A stretch of DNA of 64,000 nucleotides from an uncultured Chlamydiae bacterium. GTDB lineage: Bacteria; Chlamydiota; Chlamydiia; Chlamydiales; JAJFMB01. Location: contig CAVOJR010000001.1 in assembly GCA_963696295.1 (NCBI GenBank), forward strand, positions 1,184,001-1,248,000, written 5' to 3'. Of the stretch, positions 19,776 through 29,307 are shown piece by piece (the first letter of the stretch is position 1; every line of letters begins with the position of its first letter). The translations under genes and the position numbers were made by a program. Under the pieces are notes generated by a model. The model ran no database searches, had not been told where the DNA came from, and saw only the letters and a program-made list of their open reading frames with translations.

Positions 19776-20639
19776 ATGAAAGGCATTATCCTGGCGGGCG
19801 GCAGCGGAACGAGGCTGCATCCCCTCACCTTAAGCATGTCCAAGCAGCTGCTCCCGGTTTATAACAAACCGATGATCTACTACCCCCTCTCCATCCTCCT
19901 GCTCGCCAAAATTAAAGAGATATTGATCATTTCCACCCCGCAGGATCTGCCTCTTTTTCAAAGGCTCCTCGGAGACGGCTCCCAAATCGGCGTCAAGTTC
20001 AGCTATGCCGAGCAAGCTGAGCCGAATGGGATCGCCGAGGCCTTTCTGATCGGCAAAAAATTTATCGGATCTTCCTCCGTCTGCCTGATTTTAGGCGACA
20101 ATATTTTCTACGGCAACCACCTGATCCCTCTCCTGGAGAGCGCAAGGAAGCGGGAAAAAGGGGCGACCCTGTTCGGCTATCACGTCAAGGACCCGCAGCG
20201 CTATGGCGTCGCGAAAGTGGACGGGGCGGGTAAAATTATATCTATCGAGGAAAAGCCGAAAAACCCCGAATCCTCAATCGCCGTCACCGGCCTCTACTTC
20301 TACGATAACGATGTGGTGAATATCGCGCAAAACCTCAAGCCCTCCGCTCGCGGAGAGCTCGAAATCACCGATGTCAATAATGCCTATTTGGCAAGGAAAG
20401 AAGCGTATATCCAGGTGATGGGGCGCGGCTTTACGTGGCTGGACGCCGGCACCTACGCCAGTTTGATGCAGGCCAATCACTTCGTGCAGGTGATTGAGGA
20501 GCGGCAAGGGCAATATATCGCCGCTATTGAAGAGATCGCCTACAACGTGGGTTTTATTTCCAAGGAAGAATTATTGAAATGCAGCCGCGCCATGGGCAAC
20601 AGCCCCTACGGCCAATATCTGGGAGATCTATGCAAATAA
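19776..20639 (+). CDS. rfbA: Glucose-1-phosphate thymidylyltransferase
   Basis: MKGIILAGGSGTRLHP, SKQLLPVYNKPMIYYPL, LGDNIFYG, SARGELEITD. Confidence 0.97.
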   Translation: MKGIILAGGSGTRLHPLTLSMSKQLLPVYNKPMIYYPLSILLLAKIKEILIISTPQDLPLFQRLLGDGSQIGVKFSYAEQAEPNGIAEAFLIGKKFIGSSSVCLILGDNIFYGNHLIPLLESARKREKGATLFGYHVKDPQRYGVAKVDGAGKIISIEEKPKNPESSIAVTGLYFYDNDVVNIAQNLKPSARGELEITDVNNAYLARKEAYIQVMGRGFTWLDAGTYASLMQANHFVQVIEERQGQYIAAIEEIAYNVGFISKEELLKCSRAMGNSPYGQYLGDLCK

Positions 20640-21169
20640 CGGGTTTGAAGCTGGAAGGCTTAAAATTAATTCAGCCGAAAGTATTTAAAGATATCAGAGG
20701 CTATTGCCTCGAATCTTACCGGGCCAGCCTCTACTTTTTAGAGGGGATCTCAGAATCTTTTGTGCAGGATAACCACTCCTTTTCGGTGAAAAACACCCTC
20801 CGGGGCATGCACTTCCAGTCCACCCCAGGCCAAGCCAAGCTGGTCCGCTGCGCCCAGGGAGCGATCTTTGATGTCGCTGTCGATATGCGCCCCGATTCCC
20901 CGACCTTTGGGGAGTGGGAAGGAGTTATTTTAGATAGCGAACAGCACTGCCAGTTATTGATACCGGTCGGCTTTGCCCACGGCTTCTGCGTACTGACGGA
21001 AGGGGCGCATGTGATGTACAAAGTGAGCGCAAATTACGACCCCGCCACGGAAAAGGGATTTCGCTTCGACGATCCCGATATCGGCATCGCGTGGCCGATA
21101 GAAAACCCCCTTTTATCCGAGCGAGATAAAAACAGCCCCTTATTTAAAGAAGTTTTGGAATACGTATGA
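20630..21169 (+). CDS. rfbC: dTDP-4-dehydrorhamnose 3,5-epimerase
   Basis: FVQDNHSFS, LRGMHFQ, QAKLVRC, GFAHGF; start MQITGL at 20630. Confidence 0.96.
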   Translation: MQITGLKLEGLKLIQPKVFKDIRGYCLESYRASLYFLEGISESFVQDNHSFSVKNTLRGMHFQSTPGQAKLVRCAQGAIFDVAVDMRPDSPTFGEWEGVILDSEQHCQLLIPVGFAHGFCVLTEGAHVMYKVSANYDPATEKGFRFDDPDIGIAWPIENPLLSERDKNSPLFKEVLEYV

Positions 21170-22014
21170 GAGTGTGGGTGCCGGGGGCCTCAGGGATGCT
21201 TGGAAAAGAGGTGGCCGGCCAGCTCTCCCTCCAAAATATCGACTATTTAGGCACTGACAAAGCCACGGCGGATATCACAGGCGAAGTGGAAATATTTCTG
21301 CTAAGGGAAAAAATCACCCACATAATCAATTGCGCTGCCTACACAAAAGTCGATCAGGCCGAAACCGACCGGGATGCCGCCTATCGGATCAATGCCGCCG
21401 GCGTACAGAATCTGGGGCGCCTCTCAAAAAAATATCATCTGCCGATCATCCATTTTTCCACCGATTACGTCTTCGACGGCCAGGCCGCAGCTCCTTATGA
21501 GGAGGGGGAAAAGACCAACCCGTTGAACGTTTACGGCCTCACAAAAAGGGCTGGGGAAATCTGCCTTTTGGAAGAAACGCCCCATGCCTGCCTCATCCGC
21601 ACCTCCTGGCTTTTTGGCTTGCAGGGTAAAAACTTTGTGCAAACCATGCTGCGGCTGATGTGCGTCAAAGAGACACTATCCATTGTCTCCGATCAGGTTG
21701 GCCGCCCCACCTTCGCGAAAGACTTAGCCTTTTTTGCCATCAAAATGTTAAATCAAACAGGAATTTACCATTTTGCGAACAGCAATGAAACGAGCTGGTG
21801 GGCCTTTGCCAAAGAGATTCACCGCGCCGGCCTCGCTTTAGGATTTCCCTTTACCGTCAAACAAATAATGCCAATACCCGCCTCAGAATACCCGGCTCCG
21901 GCTAAAAGACCCGCCTACTCGGTTTTGAGCACCGGAAAAATCGAAAAGGAATTCCAATTTAACCCGCGAACATGGCAAAATGCCTTAAATGAGTACCTGC
22001 ATGCGTCACGTTAA
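21166..22014 (+). CDS. rfbD: dTDP-4-dehydrorhamnose reductase
   Basis: GASGMLG, NCAAYTKVD, STDYVFDG, YGLTKRAGE, DQVGRPT. Confidence 0.95.
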   Translation: MRVWVPGASGMLGKEVAGQLSLQNIDYLGTDKATADITGEVEIFLLREKITHIINCAAYTKVDQAETDRDAAYRINAAGVQNLGRLSKKYHLPIIHFSTDYVFDGQAAAPYEEGEKTNPLNVYGLTKRAGEICLLEETPHACLIRTSWLFGLQGKNFVQTMLRLMCVKETLSIVSDQVGRPTFAKDLAFFAIKMLNQTGIYHFANSNETSWWAFAKEIHRAGLALGFPFTVKQIMPIPASEYPAPAKRPAYSVLSTGKIEKEFQFNPRTWQNALNEYLHASR

Positions 22015-22984
22015 AAACATTTTAGTCACCGGAGGAGCCGGCTTCATCGGCTCGGCCTTCATCCGCTACCTCATTAAAAATAATTTTGAGGGGGTCATCG
22101 TTAATTTAGACGCCCTCACCTATGCCGGCAATCTGGAGAATCTGAGAGAGATTGAAGAAGATCCCCGCTACTTTTTTGAAAAGGGGGATATCAGAAATGA
22201 AGCTCTGACAGAACACCTTTGCAAAGAGCATGAAATCGACACGATCATCCACTTCGCCGCCGAAAGCCATGTCGACCGCAGCATTGAGGGCCCTTACGCC
22301 TTCATCGAAACCAATGTCAAAGGCACATATCACCTGTTGGAGGTAGTCAGAAGAAATCCCCATATCCACTTTCACCACGTCTCAACCGATGAAGTGTACG
22401 GCTCTTTAGGACCCTTTGGCAAATTCAATGAAGACTCCCCCTACCGCCCCAACTCCCCCTACTCCGCCTCCAAAGCGGCTTCAGACCATCTGGTAAGAGC
22501 CTACAGCACTACCTACGCCATCTCCACCTGTATTTCCCACTGCAGCAATAATTACGGCCCCTGCCAAAACGCCGAAAAGCTGATCCCTTTGACGATTGGG
22601 CGCTGCCTGGAGAACAAACCGGTCCCCGTCTATGGAAACGGCCTGAATATTCGCGACTGGCTCTTTGTCGATGATCATGTGAAAGCTTTGCATCAGCTGC
22701 TGCTTTATGGAAGAAGCGGAGAAACCTACGCTATCGGCGGGGATCAAGAGTGGAAAAACATCGACCTGGTCAAAGAGATCTTAAAAATGACTGCGAATGT
22801 TTTATCCCTGCCCTCGCTGGAGCATCTGATCACCTTTGTCGCAGACCGGCCCGGCCACGATGCGAGATACGCCATTGACCATCAAAAAATCACTAACGAG
22901 ATCGGCTGGCAACCCGAACACTCCTTTTCCGAAGGGTTGGAGAAAACTATTCTGTGGTACAACCATAAATTGATAAGAACATGA
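22001..22984 (+). CDS. rfbB: dTDP-glucose 4,6-dehydratase
   Basis: TGGAGFIGS, LTYAGN, HFAAESHVDRSI, STDEVYG, PYSASKA, DRPGHD.RY. Confidence 0.96.
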   Translation: MRHVKNILVTGGAGFIGSAFIRYLIKNNFEGVIVNLDALTYAGNLENLREIEEDPRYFFEKGDIRNEALTEHLCKEHEIDTIIHFAAESHVDRSIEGPYAFIETNVKGTYHLLEVVRRNPHIHFHHVSTDEVYGSLGPFGKFNEDSPYRPNSPYSASKAASDHLVRAYSTTYAISTCISHCSNNYGPCQNAEKLIPLTIGRCLENKPVPVYGNGLNIRDWLFVDDHVKALHQLLLYGRSGETYAIGGDQEWKNIDLVKEILKMTANVLSLPSLEHLITFVADRPGHDARYAIDHQKITNEIGWQPEHSFSEGLEKTILWYNHKLIRT

Positions 22985-23751
22985 AAATAATATTAATTGT
23001 CCTTCTTTTGATCTTAACTAAATTAGACGCGGAAAGCAAATTCGTCGTTCTATCCCCGCCAAAATGCGGCACCCATCTGCTTGTCAAAGCCCTTTCCAAC
23101 TTGTTGGATAAGCAGGAAACGACCTGGCTGGGGGATTTGCCGATTAATGCGGTCGAACTCACTGAGCAAATCACCCGGGATGGGGGGTATGCCGTATCGC
23201 ATAACTGGGATCAGAAATCTCTTAAAGATCTGATTCAGAAGGGATATAAAGTCATCTTTATGTTACGGGATCCCAGAGATCACGCCATTTCCGTCCTTAA
23301 CTGGAGCTATTGCCCCAATTGGGGAGGGCCGTTGCATATCTTAAATATCGCCGATCGCGATGAGCGTTTGACGGAACTTATTTGCGGATCCAGGGGAGGA
23401 TGGTGCTGTTTTAATTTCATCAAACTCAGATTGAACCTGCTGAAGAACCTCCCGAAGCAAAGCTTTTATACAGCAAAATTTGAAAACCTGGTTGGTCCAA
23501 AGGGAGGAGGATCCAGAGAAAAACAGATCAAAGAATTGCGCTCATTAAGTAAATTTTTAAACCGTGCGATCAGCGAGGCAAAAATCGAAGAAGTAGCCGA
23601 CTCTCTCTGGGGAAGCTCTCCCACATTTCACATCGGAAAAATTGGCCAATGGAAAAAAGTAATGACACCTTTTCATATTGAAATGTATAAATTTCTATAT
23701 CAGAATCAATTAGAAAAGTTAATGTATGAAACTGATGAAAATTGGGGCTAA
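22981..23751 (+). CDS. Sulfotransferase-domain protein with N-terminal signal sequence
   Basis: PPKCGTHLL (5' PAPS-binding loop), RDPRD..IS (3' PB), GKIGQWK. Confidence 0.8.
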   Translation: MKIILIVLLLILTKLDAESKFVVLSPPKCGTHLLVKALSNLLDKQETTWLGDLPINAVELTEQITRDGGYAVSHNWDQKSLKDLIQKGYKVIFMLRDPRDHAISVLNWSYCPNWGGPLHILNIADRDERLTELICGSRGGWCCFNFIKLRLNLLKNLPKQSFYTAKFENLVGPKGGGSREKQIKELRSLSKFLNRAISEAKIEEVADSLWGSSPTFHIGKIGQWKKVMTPFHIEMYKFLYQNQLEKLMYETDENWG

Positions 23752-24954
23752 TTGCGCTATTTGCATTCCACTTCCATAAAGCAGTTCTTTTGGCCGGCCA
23801 GCCCCGCATTTGCTTTCGTAGCGCCTTGGATGGCGGTTTTAATCGGCCAATACTTTGCCCTATGCGGAATTATCGTCTCTAAAGTCTCCCCGTTTTACGC
23901 CATCATTCTCGGAAATATGGCTACGTCGATCCTCATTTTCAGCGCCATGCATTTGTTTCAAAAAAAGGCGCCTGAGTATTCCCTAAATGAAATCACTTAT
24001 TCGAAGAGATTCAAATTAGCGACATTTGCCGCTCTTCTTGGCCTCTTCGCTTTCGAGATGCTCCAAGTCGCTGTTTCCCGCGGCTTTCCCCTTCTTTGGC
24101 TGATCACGGGAAATGGAAAAACATATATCGACTTCGGCATCACCTCTTTAAACGGATTATTGAACGCGATCTATTTGGCCTCGGCCACCGCGTTTTTTCT
24201 GATCTGCCTGAAAGAGAGAAAAAAGGGGTATTGGGGCCTATTTTTCATCCTTTTGCTCCTGCCGGTCATTCTGGTCTCAAGGCAGTTGATTATTTGTTTG
24301 TTTTTGCAAATTACCTGTTGCTTATTGATCTATAAACCAAAATCTCTTAAGAAGGTAGTCTGCAGTTTATTTCTTGTTCTGACATCCTTTGTGATATTGG
24401 GAAATTTTCGCACCGGACTTGATTCCTTAGTGAATATTTTGCAGCCCGCCCCCTTTATCCCTGAGTTTATGTATTCCTTATTGTGGATCTACGCTTATGT
24501 CGTGACCCCGTTTAACAATGTGAATGCCGCGATAGACTATATCCAGCCCCTGGGAATTCCCTATAACGAGGCGACTATGCTTATGCCTACATTTCTTCAA
24601 ACATTGCTGGGATTCGAGGTCAACAGCGCCGGATTTGAACTGGTGCATGAGCAAATGAATGTTTCCACCTTCTATTTGCCTCTCATCCAGGACCTTGGAA
24701 AACTTTACGCTTTTCTTTTTATGATTCTTATGCAGGGGGTATTGTCGGCCTCGTACCGCAAAGTTTTTGTGAGCAGACTCCCCATCGACGTGATGCAATA
24801 CTCAATTCTGTATATGATCACCGCGCTCTCACTTTTTTCCAATCTTTTGCTCTATCTGCCCGTTGTGTTTCAGCTGGTGATGATTTCTGCAATCCAATTC
24901 AGCCTATCTCGAAAAGAGGGCCTCGTTGTTTTGAAGCAAAGCAAACTCGTGTAG
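23752..24954 (+). CDS. Polytopic membrane protein, O-antigen polymerase (Wzy)-like
   Basis: About 10 hydrophobic segments, SR and GNFR motifs, periplasmic loop with NVSTFY..DLG; located in a polysaccharide locus. Confidence 0.6.
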   Translation: MRYLHSTSIKQFFWPASPAFAFVAPWMAVLIGQYFALCGIIVSKVSPFYAIILGNMATSILIFSAMHLFQKKAPEYSLNEITYSKRFKLATFAALLGLFAFEMLQVAVSRGFPLLWLITGNGKTYIDFGITSLNGLLNAIYLASATAFFLICLKERKKGYWGLFFILLLLPVILVSRQLIICLFLQITCCLLIYKPKSLKKVVCSLFLVLTSFVILGNFRTGLDSLVNILQPAPFIPEFMYSLLWIYAYVVTPFNNVNAAIDYIQPLGIPYNEATMLMPTFLQTLLGFEVNSAGFELVHEQMNVSTFYLPLIQDLGKLYAFLFMILMQGVLSASYRKVFVSRLPIDVMQYSILYMITALSLFSNLLLYLPVVFQLVMISAIQFSLSRKEGLVVLKQSKLV

Positions 24955-25848
24955 CTCGCTTAATAAGGCAAGGCACTTTAAGGCTTCCACCCCATCTGTC
25001 AAGGGGGCGGTCCGCCTCTCGCAGCACTCGAGGAAATGGAGGCATTCGCTTTTTAAAGGCTCCTGCTTTTCTATGGGGCAGGGGACGTTTTCATACTCGA
25101 TTTTGGGAAACAGGGGTTTTAGGAGCTGCACGCGCAGTTTTTCCTCCCACTCTTTAGTATCGTCAAAGACTAAAGACCCTTTTGTGCCTATCACCACCAG
25201 CTTATGCTCTTTGTAGGGATAGACCCAGCTCGCTTTAATATCGGCTTGCATAGCGGCGAATTTCAAAGTCACCGAAACAGTATCCATCGTTTGATCAAGA
25301 CTTGTACCGCTGACATAAACCGATGAGGGATAGCTTTGACAAAGCGCTAAGATGACCGAGATATCGTGCGGCAATAAATCCCAAAGCACATTCTCATCCC
25401 GGATGAGGCCGGGAAACAGGCGGTGGGAAGAGATATAGCGAATCTCGCCTAAAACGCCCCCGCTAAGCAACTCTTTAATCTTCACCACGCAAGGGTGATA
25501 GTGCAACAGATGGCCCACCATGAGAATCCGGCCCAGCTGATCGGCTGTTTTAACGAGTTCCTCCCCTTCCCGGATATCCAGGCAGAGCGGTTTTTCGACA
25601 AACACGTCTTTGCCGGCCAGGAGAGCCTGCTTCGCTAAGGCGTAATGGGTGTGGGGCGGAGTGGCGATAAATATTTTGCTTATAGCAGGGTTGGTAAGAA
25701 CGGAGTTAAAATCGGTAGTTCCATTAACACCGCTATACGGGAGCTGCGGCAGCTCGGCATCGCAAATCGTGCGCAGTACGCCAAGTTCATTCAAATTCCT
25801 GGCGATGTTTTTCCCCCACCTGCCAAAACCAACCAGAGCCGCCGTCAT
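24904..25848 (-). CDS. Gfo/Idh/MocA oxidoreductase (WbpB/WlbA/GnnA-like nucleotide-sugar 3-dehydrogenase)
   Basis: VGFGRWGKN, ATP..TH, DVFVEKP, MVGH, HDIS; coupled to a DegT aminotransferase. Confidence 0.85.
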   Translation of the reverse strand: MTAALVGFGRWGKNIARNLNELGVLRTICDAELPQLPYSGVNGTTDFNSVLTNPAISKIFIATPPHTHYALAKQALLAGKDVFVEKPLCLDIREGEELVKTADQLGRILMVGHLLHYHPCVVKIKELLSGGVLGEIRYISSHRLFPGLIRDENVLWDLLPHDISVILALCQSYPSSVYVSGTSLDQTMDTVSVTLKFAAMQADIKASWVYPYKEHKLVVIGTKGSLVFDDTKEWEEKLRVQLLKPLFPKIEYENVPCPIEKQEPLKSECLHFLECCERRTAPLTDGVEALKCLALLSELHEFALLQNNEALFSR

Positions 25849-26960
25849 GACAAAGCCGCAAACATTGCGCTTTCCATGGCCGCCTGGATCTCTTCGACGA
25901 TATAATCCTGCTCTTCCACAGTCAGCCAGGGGTGCATCGGCAAGCTGAGCACTTCGCGGGATACTTTTTCCACGACCGGCAGCGATCCAATGGGGAATTT
26001 TTCGTCGGCGAAGACGGAATATTCATGAATTCCTTTGGGATAATAGACGCCGTTTGGGATCCCTTTGCTTTTCAAAATTTCAGACAGCTGATCCCGGTTC
26101 GGCACGGAGATCGTATACTGGGCATACACATGGGTATTACCCGGCATAATTTTGGGGGTGATGCAGGTCTCCTGCAAAAGGGAAGTGTACCTTGCGCCGA
26201 TCCGCTCCCGCGCTTCCACCTCAGAGGGGAAATGAGGGAATTTGGCGAGGAGAACCGCCGCCTGGATCGTATCGAAGCGCCCGTTGATGCCTAAAAGAAA
26301 ATGGTCATAGCGATTGATCGCCCCATGCGTTCTGATCGCCTGCATTTTTCTCGCGAGATCGGAATCGTTCGTGAAGAGGGCCCCGCCGTCGCCATAGCAA
26401 CCTAAAGGTTTCGCAGGGAAAAAGCTGGTCGAACCGATTGTTGTGACGCCGCAGCTCTTGCGGCCGTTTTGCGTCGCCCCAAAACTTTGGGCCCCATCTT
26501 CAATCACCGGAATGCCATATTTGGCGGCGATTTTGTTGATGGCCGTGTAATCGGGCATTTGGCCAAACAGGCTCACAGGCATAATAGCGCGCGTTTTCGG
26601 CGTGATAGCCGCTTCGATTTGTAAAACATCGATATTGTAGTTTTCAGGATCGATATCGATAAAGACAGGCGTCGCGCCCACTAATTTTATCACTTCCGTT
26701 GAAGAGATCCAGGTAAAAGGGGTAGTGATCACTTCGTCGCCGGGCCCTATTTCCAGAGCCATCAGCGCAATCATCAGGCTGTCTGTTCCGCTGGATACCG
26801 TCAGGCAATGCTTGACGCCGACATACTCGGCAAGGATTTGTTCGATCTGCTGCACTTCGCGTCCGAGAATGAAATGCCCCTGATCCAAAACCTTGTGAAT
26901 CGCTTCATCAATTTCTTTTTTGTACAGTTGGTATTGTTTTTTTACGTCGATGAATTCCAT
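25845..26960 (-). CDS. DegT/DnrJ/EryC1/StrS aminotransferase (WbpE/WlbC-like)
   Basis: SSGTDSL, GPGDEVIT, EDGAQSFGA, SFFPAKPLGCYGDGGA, LSLPMHP. Confidence 0.92.
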   Translation of the reverse strand: MEFIDVKKQYQLYKKEIDEAIHKVLDQGHFILGREVQQIEQILAEYVGVKHCLTVSSGTDSLMIALMALEIGPGDEVITTPFTWISSTEVIKLVGATPVFIDIDPENYNIDVLQIEAAITPKTRAIMPVSLFGQMPDYTAINKIAAKYGIPVIEDGAQSFGATQNGRKSCGVTTIGSTSFFPAKPLGCYGDGGALFTNDSDLARKMQAIRTHGAINRYDHFLLGINGRFDTIQAAVLLAKFPHFPSEVEARERIGARYTSLLQETCITPKIMPGNTHVYAQYTISVPNRDQLSEILKSKGIPNGVYYPKGIHEYSVFADEKFPIGSLPVVEKVSREVLSLPMHPWLTVEEQDYIVEEIQAAMESAMFAALS

Positions 26961-27025
26961 GACACCTCAAGACCCGACTTTGTTGTAAAGATCTTAGCAG
27001 AACTTATCCCTAAGGACAAGTAGAA

Positions 27026-27622
27026 TCATTTGAAGCATTTAAAGAAAGGGCGGTCAGCCATCTCGAGCAATTCTTTATCGCCCCGGCTGTTTCCGTAGGC
27101 GTACAATTCATACGGGGCCTGACCGAGCAGTTCTTTCAAACGGCGCGTTTTTTCCGGACCCCAGCAATTCAACCCCTTTAACCGGCCCGTGACGACCCCT
27201 TTCTCGACGGCCGCTTCGGAGGCGATCACGTCGCTGAAGCCGTGCCTTTTAGCCCACGGCGTCAAATAAGTATCAAGCGAGGCGCTGATCAGGATGCAGC
27301 GGTGGCCCTGGTCCTGATGCCATTTCAACCGCTCCATCGCTTCCGGCTTTAAGTGGCGGTCGAGAGGGCCTGAAGCGAAAGCCTCGCCCAGCCGGTTAAA
27401 TTCCCCGGCCGGCATGTTATTAAAAAACGCATTTAAAATATTCTCTTTAGTCGACTGCCGGGAGGAGCTGCCGAAAATGTAGCCGATCAGGATGGGGAGT
27501 TTCAAAAAGAGATAAAACATAGTTTTAAAAGGGCCTTTCACAAAAATCAGGAAAGAAAATAGCGTGTCCCGATAGGTTAGTGTACCATCAAAATCAAAAG
27601 CGGCTATAATAGGTTTCTGCAT
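27026..27622 (-). CDS. HAD-IB family hydrolase
   Basis: AFDFDGTLT, ISAS, NCWGPEK, AYGNSRGD; probable start MQKP. Confidence 0.88.
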   Translation of the reverse strand: MQKPIIAAFDFDGTLTYRDTLFSFLIFVKGPFKTMFYLFLKLPILIGYIFGSSSRQSTKENILNAFFNNMPAGEFNRLGEAFASGPLDRHLKPEAMERLKWHQDQGHRCILISASLDTYLTPWAKRHGFSDVIASEAAVEKGVVTGRLKGLNCWGPEKTRRLKELLGQAPYELYAYGNSRGDKELLEMADRPFFKCFK

Positions 27623-27653
27623 GCGGCGAAGCATAGCAAAAACAGGGATAAAG

Positions 27654-28616
27654 ATGAAAAAAAATATCTTCATTACCGGATGCGCAGGATTTATCGGCTA
27701 CCATCTGGCAAAAAGCCTGCAAATGAGAGGGGATAATGTCATTGGCTTTGACAATTTTAACGAGTATTACGATCCCCGGCTAAAAAGAGCCCGGGAAGCC
27801 GAACTCAAAAAAATCGGCGTGCCCATTCTGTTTGGCGACGTGAATAACAGACAACAATTGCTGGAGTCGGTGGAAAAGCACAAAACCACCCATGTGGTTC
27901 ACCTGGCCGCCCAAGCCGGAGTGCGCTACTCCGTCACCCACCCGGACGCCTATTTAGAGACCAATCTGGGGGGATTCCTCAACATCCTGGAAACTTGCCG
28001 CGCCCTTTCCCTGCCGCTTATTTATGCCTCCTCCTCATCCGTTTATGGTTTGAACGAGGCCACCCCTTTCCGCACCTCCGATCTGACCGACCGGCCGGCC
28101 AGCCTCTATGGAGCCACCAAAAAAGCCAATGAACTGATGGCGCACGCCTATCACCACCTCTATGGCTTCCCCGTAACGGGCCTTCGCTTTTTCACCGTCT
28201 ACGGCCCTTGGGGAAGACCCGATATGGCCTACTACTCTTTTACAAATGCGATTTTGAGCGGAAAGCCGATAGAGATTTTCAATCAGGGGGAGATGAAGCG
28301 CGACTTCACCTATATAGATGATATTATCGCCGGCACAAAACGCGCCATTGACTTTCCGGGAAAATGTGAAATATTTAACTTAGGAAACAACCAGCCGGTA
28401 GCTTTATTACACTTTATTGAACATATTGAAGAAGCCTTAAATAAAAAAGCCTTAAAGAATTATTTACCCATGCAAAAAGGGGATGTGACAATGACTTATG
28501 CCGATATTGATGAGGCGAGGGAAAAACTCGGCTACGAGCCCAAGACATCCATCAAAGAAGGGGTGGCGAAATTTATTGACTGGTACCGCGCTTATCACTT
28601 CCAAAATATCTCGTAA
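27654..28616 (+). CDS. NAD-dependent epimerase (UDP-glucuronate 4-epimerase-like)
   Basis: TGCAGFIG, HLAAQAGVRYS, ASSSSVYG, YGATKKANE, FFTVYGPWGRPDMA. Confidence 0.92.
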   Translation: MKKNIFITGCAGFIGYHLAKSLQMRGDNVIGFDNFNEYYDPRLKRAREAELKKIGVPILFGDVNNRQQLLESVEKHKTTHVVHLAAQAGVRYSVTHPDAYLETNLGGFLNILETCRALSLPLIYASSSSVYGLNEATPFRTSDLTDRPASLYGATKKANELMAHAYHHLYGFPVTGLRFFTVYGPWGRPDMAYYSFTNAILSGKPIEIFNQGEMKRDFTYIDDIIAGTKRAIDFPGKCEIFNLGNNQPVALLHFIEHIEEALNKKALKNYLPMQKGDVTMTYADIDEAREKLGYEPKTSIKEGVAKFIDWYRAYHFQNIS

Positions 28617-28653
28617 ATAAATAACATAAGAATCGAATACCGGTTTATATTGC

Positions 28654-29307
28654 ATGTATAAATTTTTTGCTTATCTATTCTCTCTTTTTTGTCTTGCTGG
28701 CTGCATCCGCTTTTTTCCGACCAGCACTCAGGAAACTCCACGCATCCCCCGTGTTTCCATCGAACCTGTCTCCGAGGTGGTTTTGCGCTATGCCACTGAG
28801 CTGAAGCATGAAAAAGAACTGGAATTAACTGATTCCCGCATCATCTATGACGACACCTTAAGACGTATCCGTTTGGATTTTGTCTCCCAAAAAATAATGG
28901 AGCTTTGCGAAGCGAGGATGACTCTGGTAGATATCGTGGAAAATTTATTAGAGAGATTAAACTCTAACGGCAATGCAACCGAACAGACCCTCAAACGCCA
29001 TTTTGACTATTACGATCTGGAAATTTATATTCACTACGAAAGCTACTTCATCTCTTTTATCGATCCTATGTACATCTCCTGGATTACCCTCTGCAACGGC
29101 ATTTCATCATTTTATTCCGGCGAAGTCTTTTTAGAACGCCTGGACAGCTGGCGCGCACGCTCGGAGGAATATTATAAGAGTCGATTATTCGTCTCCGTCA
29201 TGCGCGATTCTGAGAAGGAATACGAAAAGACTCATCCAAAACCCCTTGATGAAAAACCCTACTTTGGCCGCGGAATCGAGGCTCCCACCGATTGGATGTC
29301 TCAATAG
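28654..29307 (+). CDS. Lipoprotein, hypothetical
   Basis: Lipobox LAGC; ELCEARMTLVDIVENLLERLNS segment resembles the 18.1-19.4 kb paralogs. Confidence 0.7.
   Translation: MYKFFAYLFSLFCLAGCIRFFPTSTQETPRIPRVSIEPVSEVVLRYATELKHEKELELTDSRIIYDDTLRRIRLDFVSQKIMELCEARMTLVDIVENLLERLNSNGNATEQTLKRHFDYYDLEIYIHYESYFISFIDPMYISWITLCNGISSFYSGEVFLERLDSWRARSEEYYKSRLFVSVMRDSEKEYEKTHPKPLDEKPYFGRGIEAPTDWMSQ

Noticed and set aside
27621..27673. Apparent head-to-head overlap of the HAD and epimerase genes
   Set aside because: It disappears with the more plausible starts at 27622 (-) and 27654 (+).
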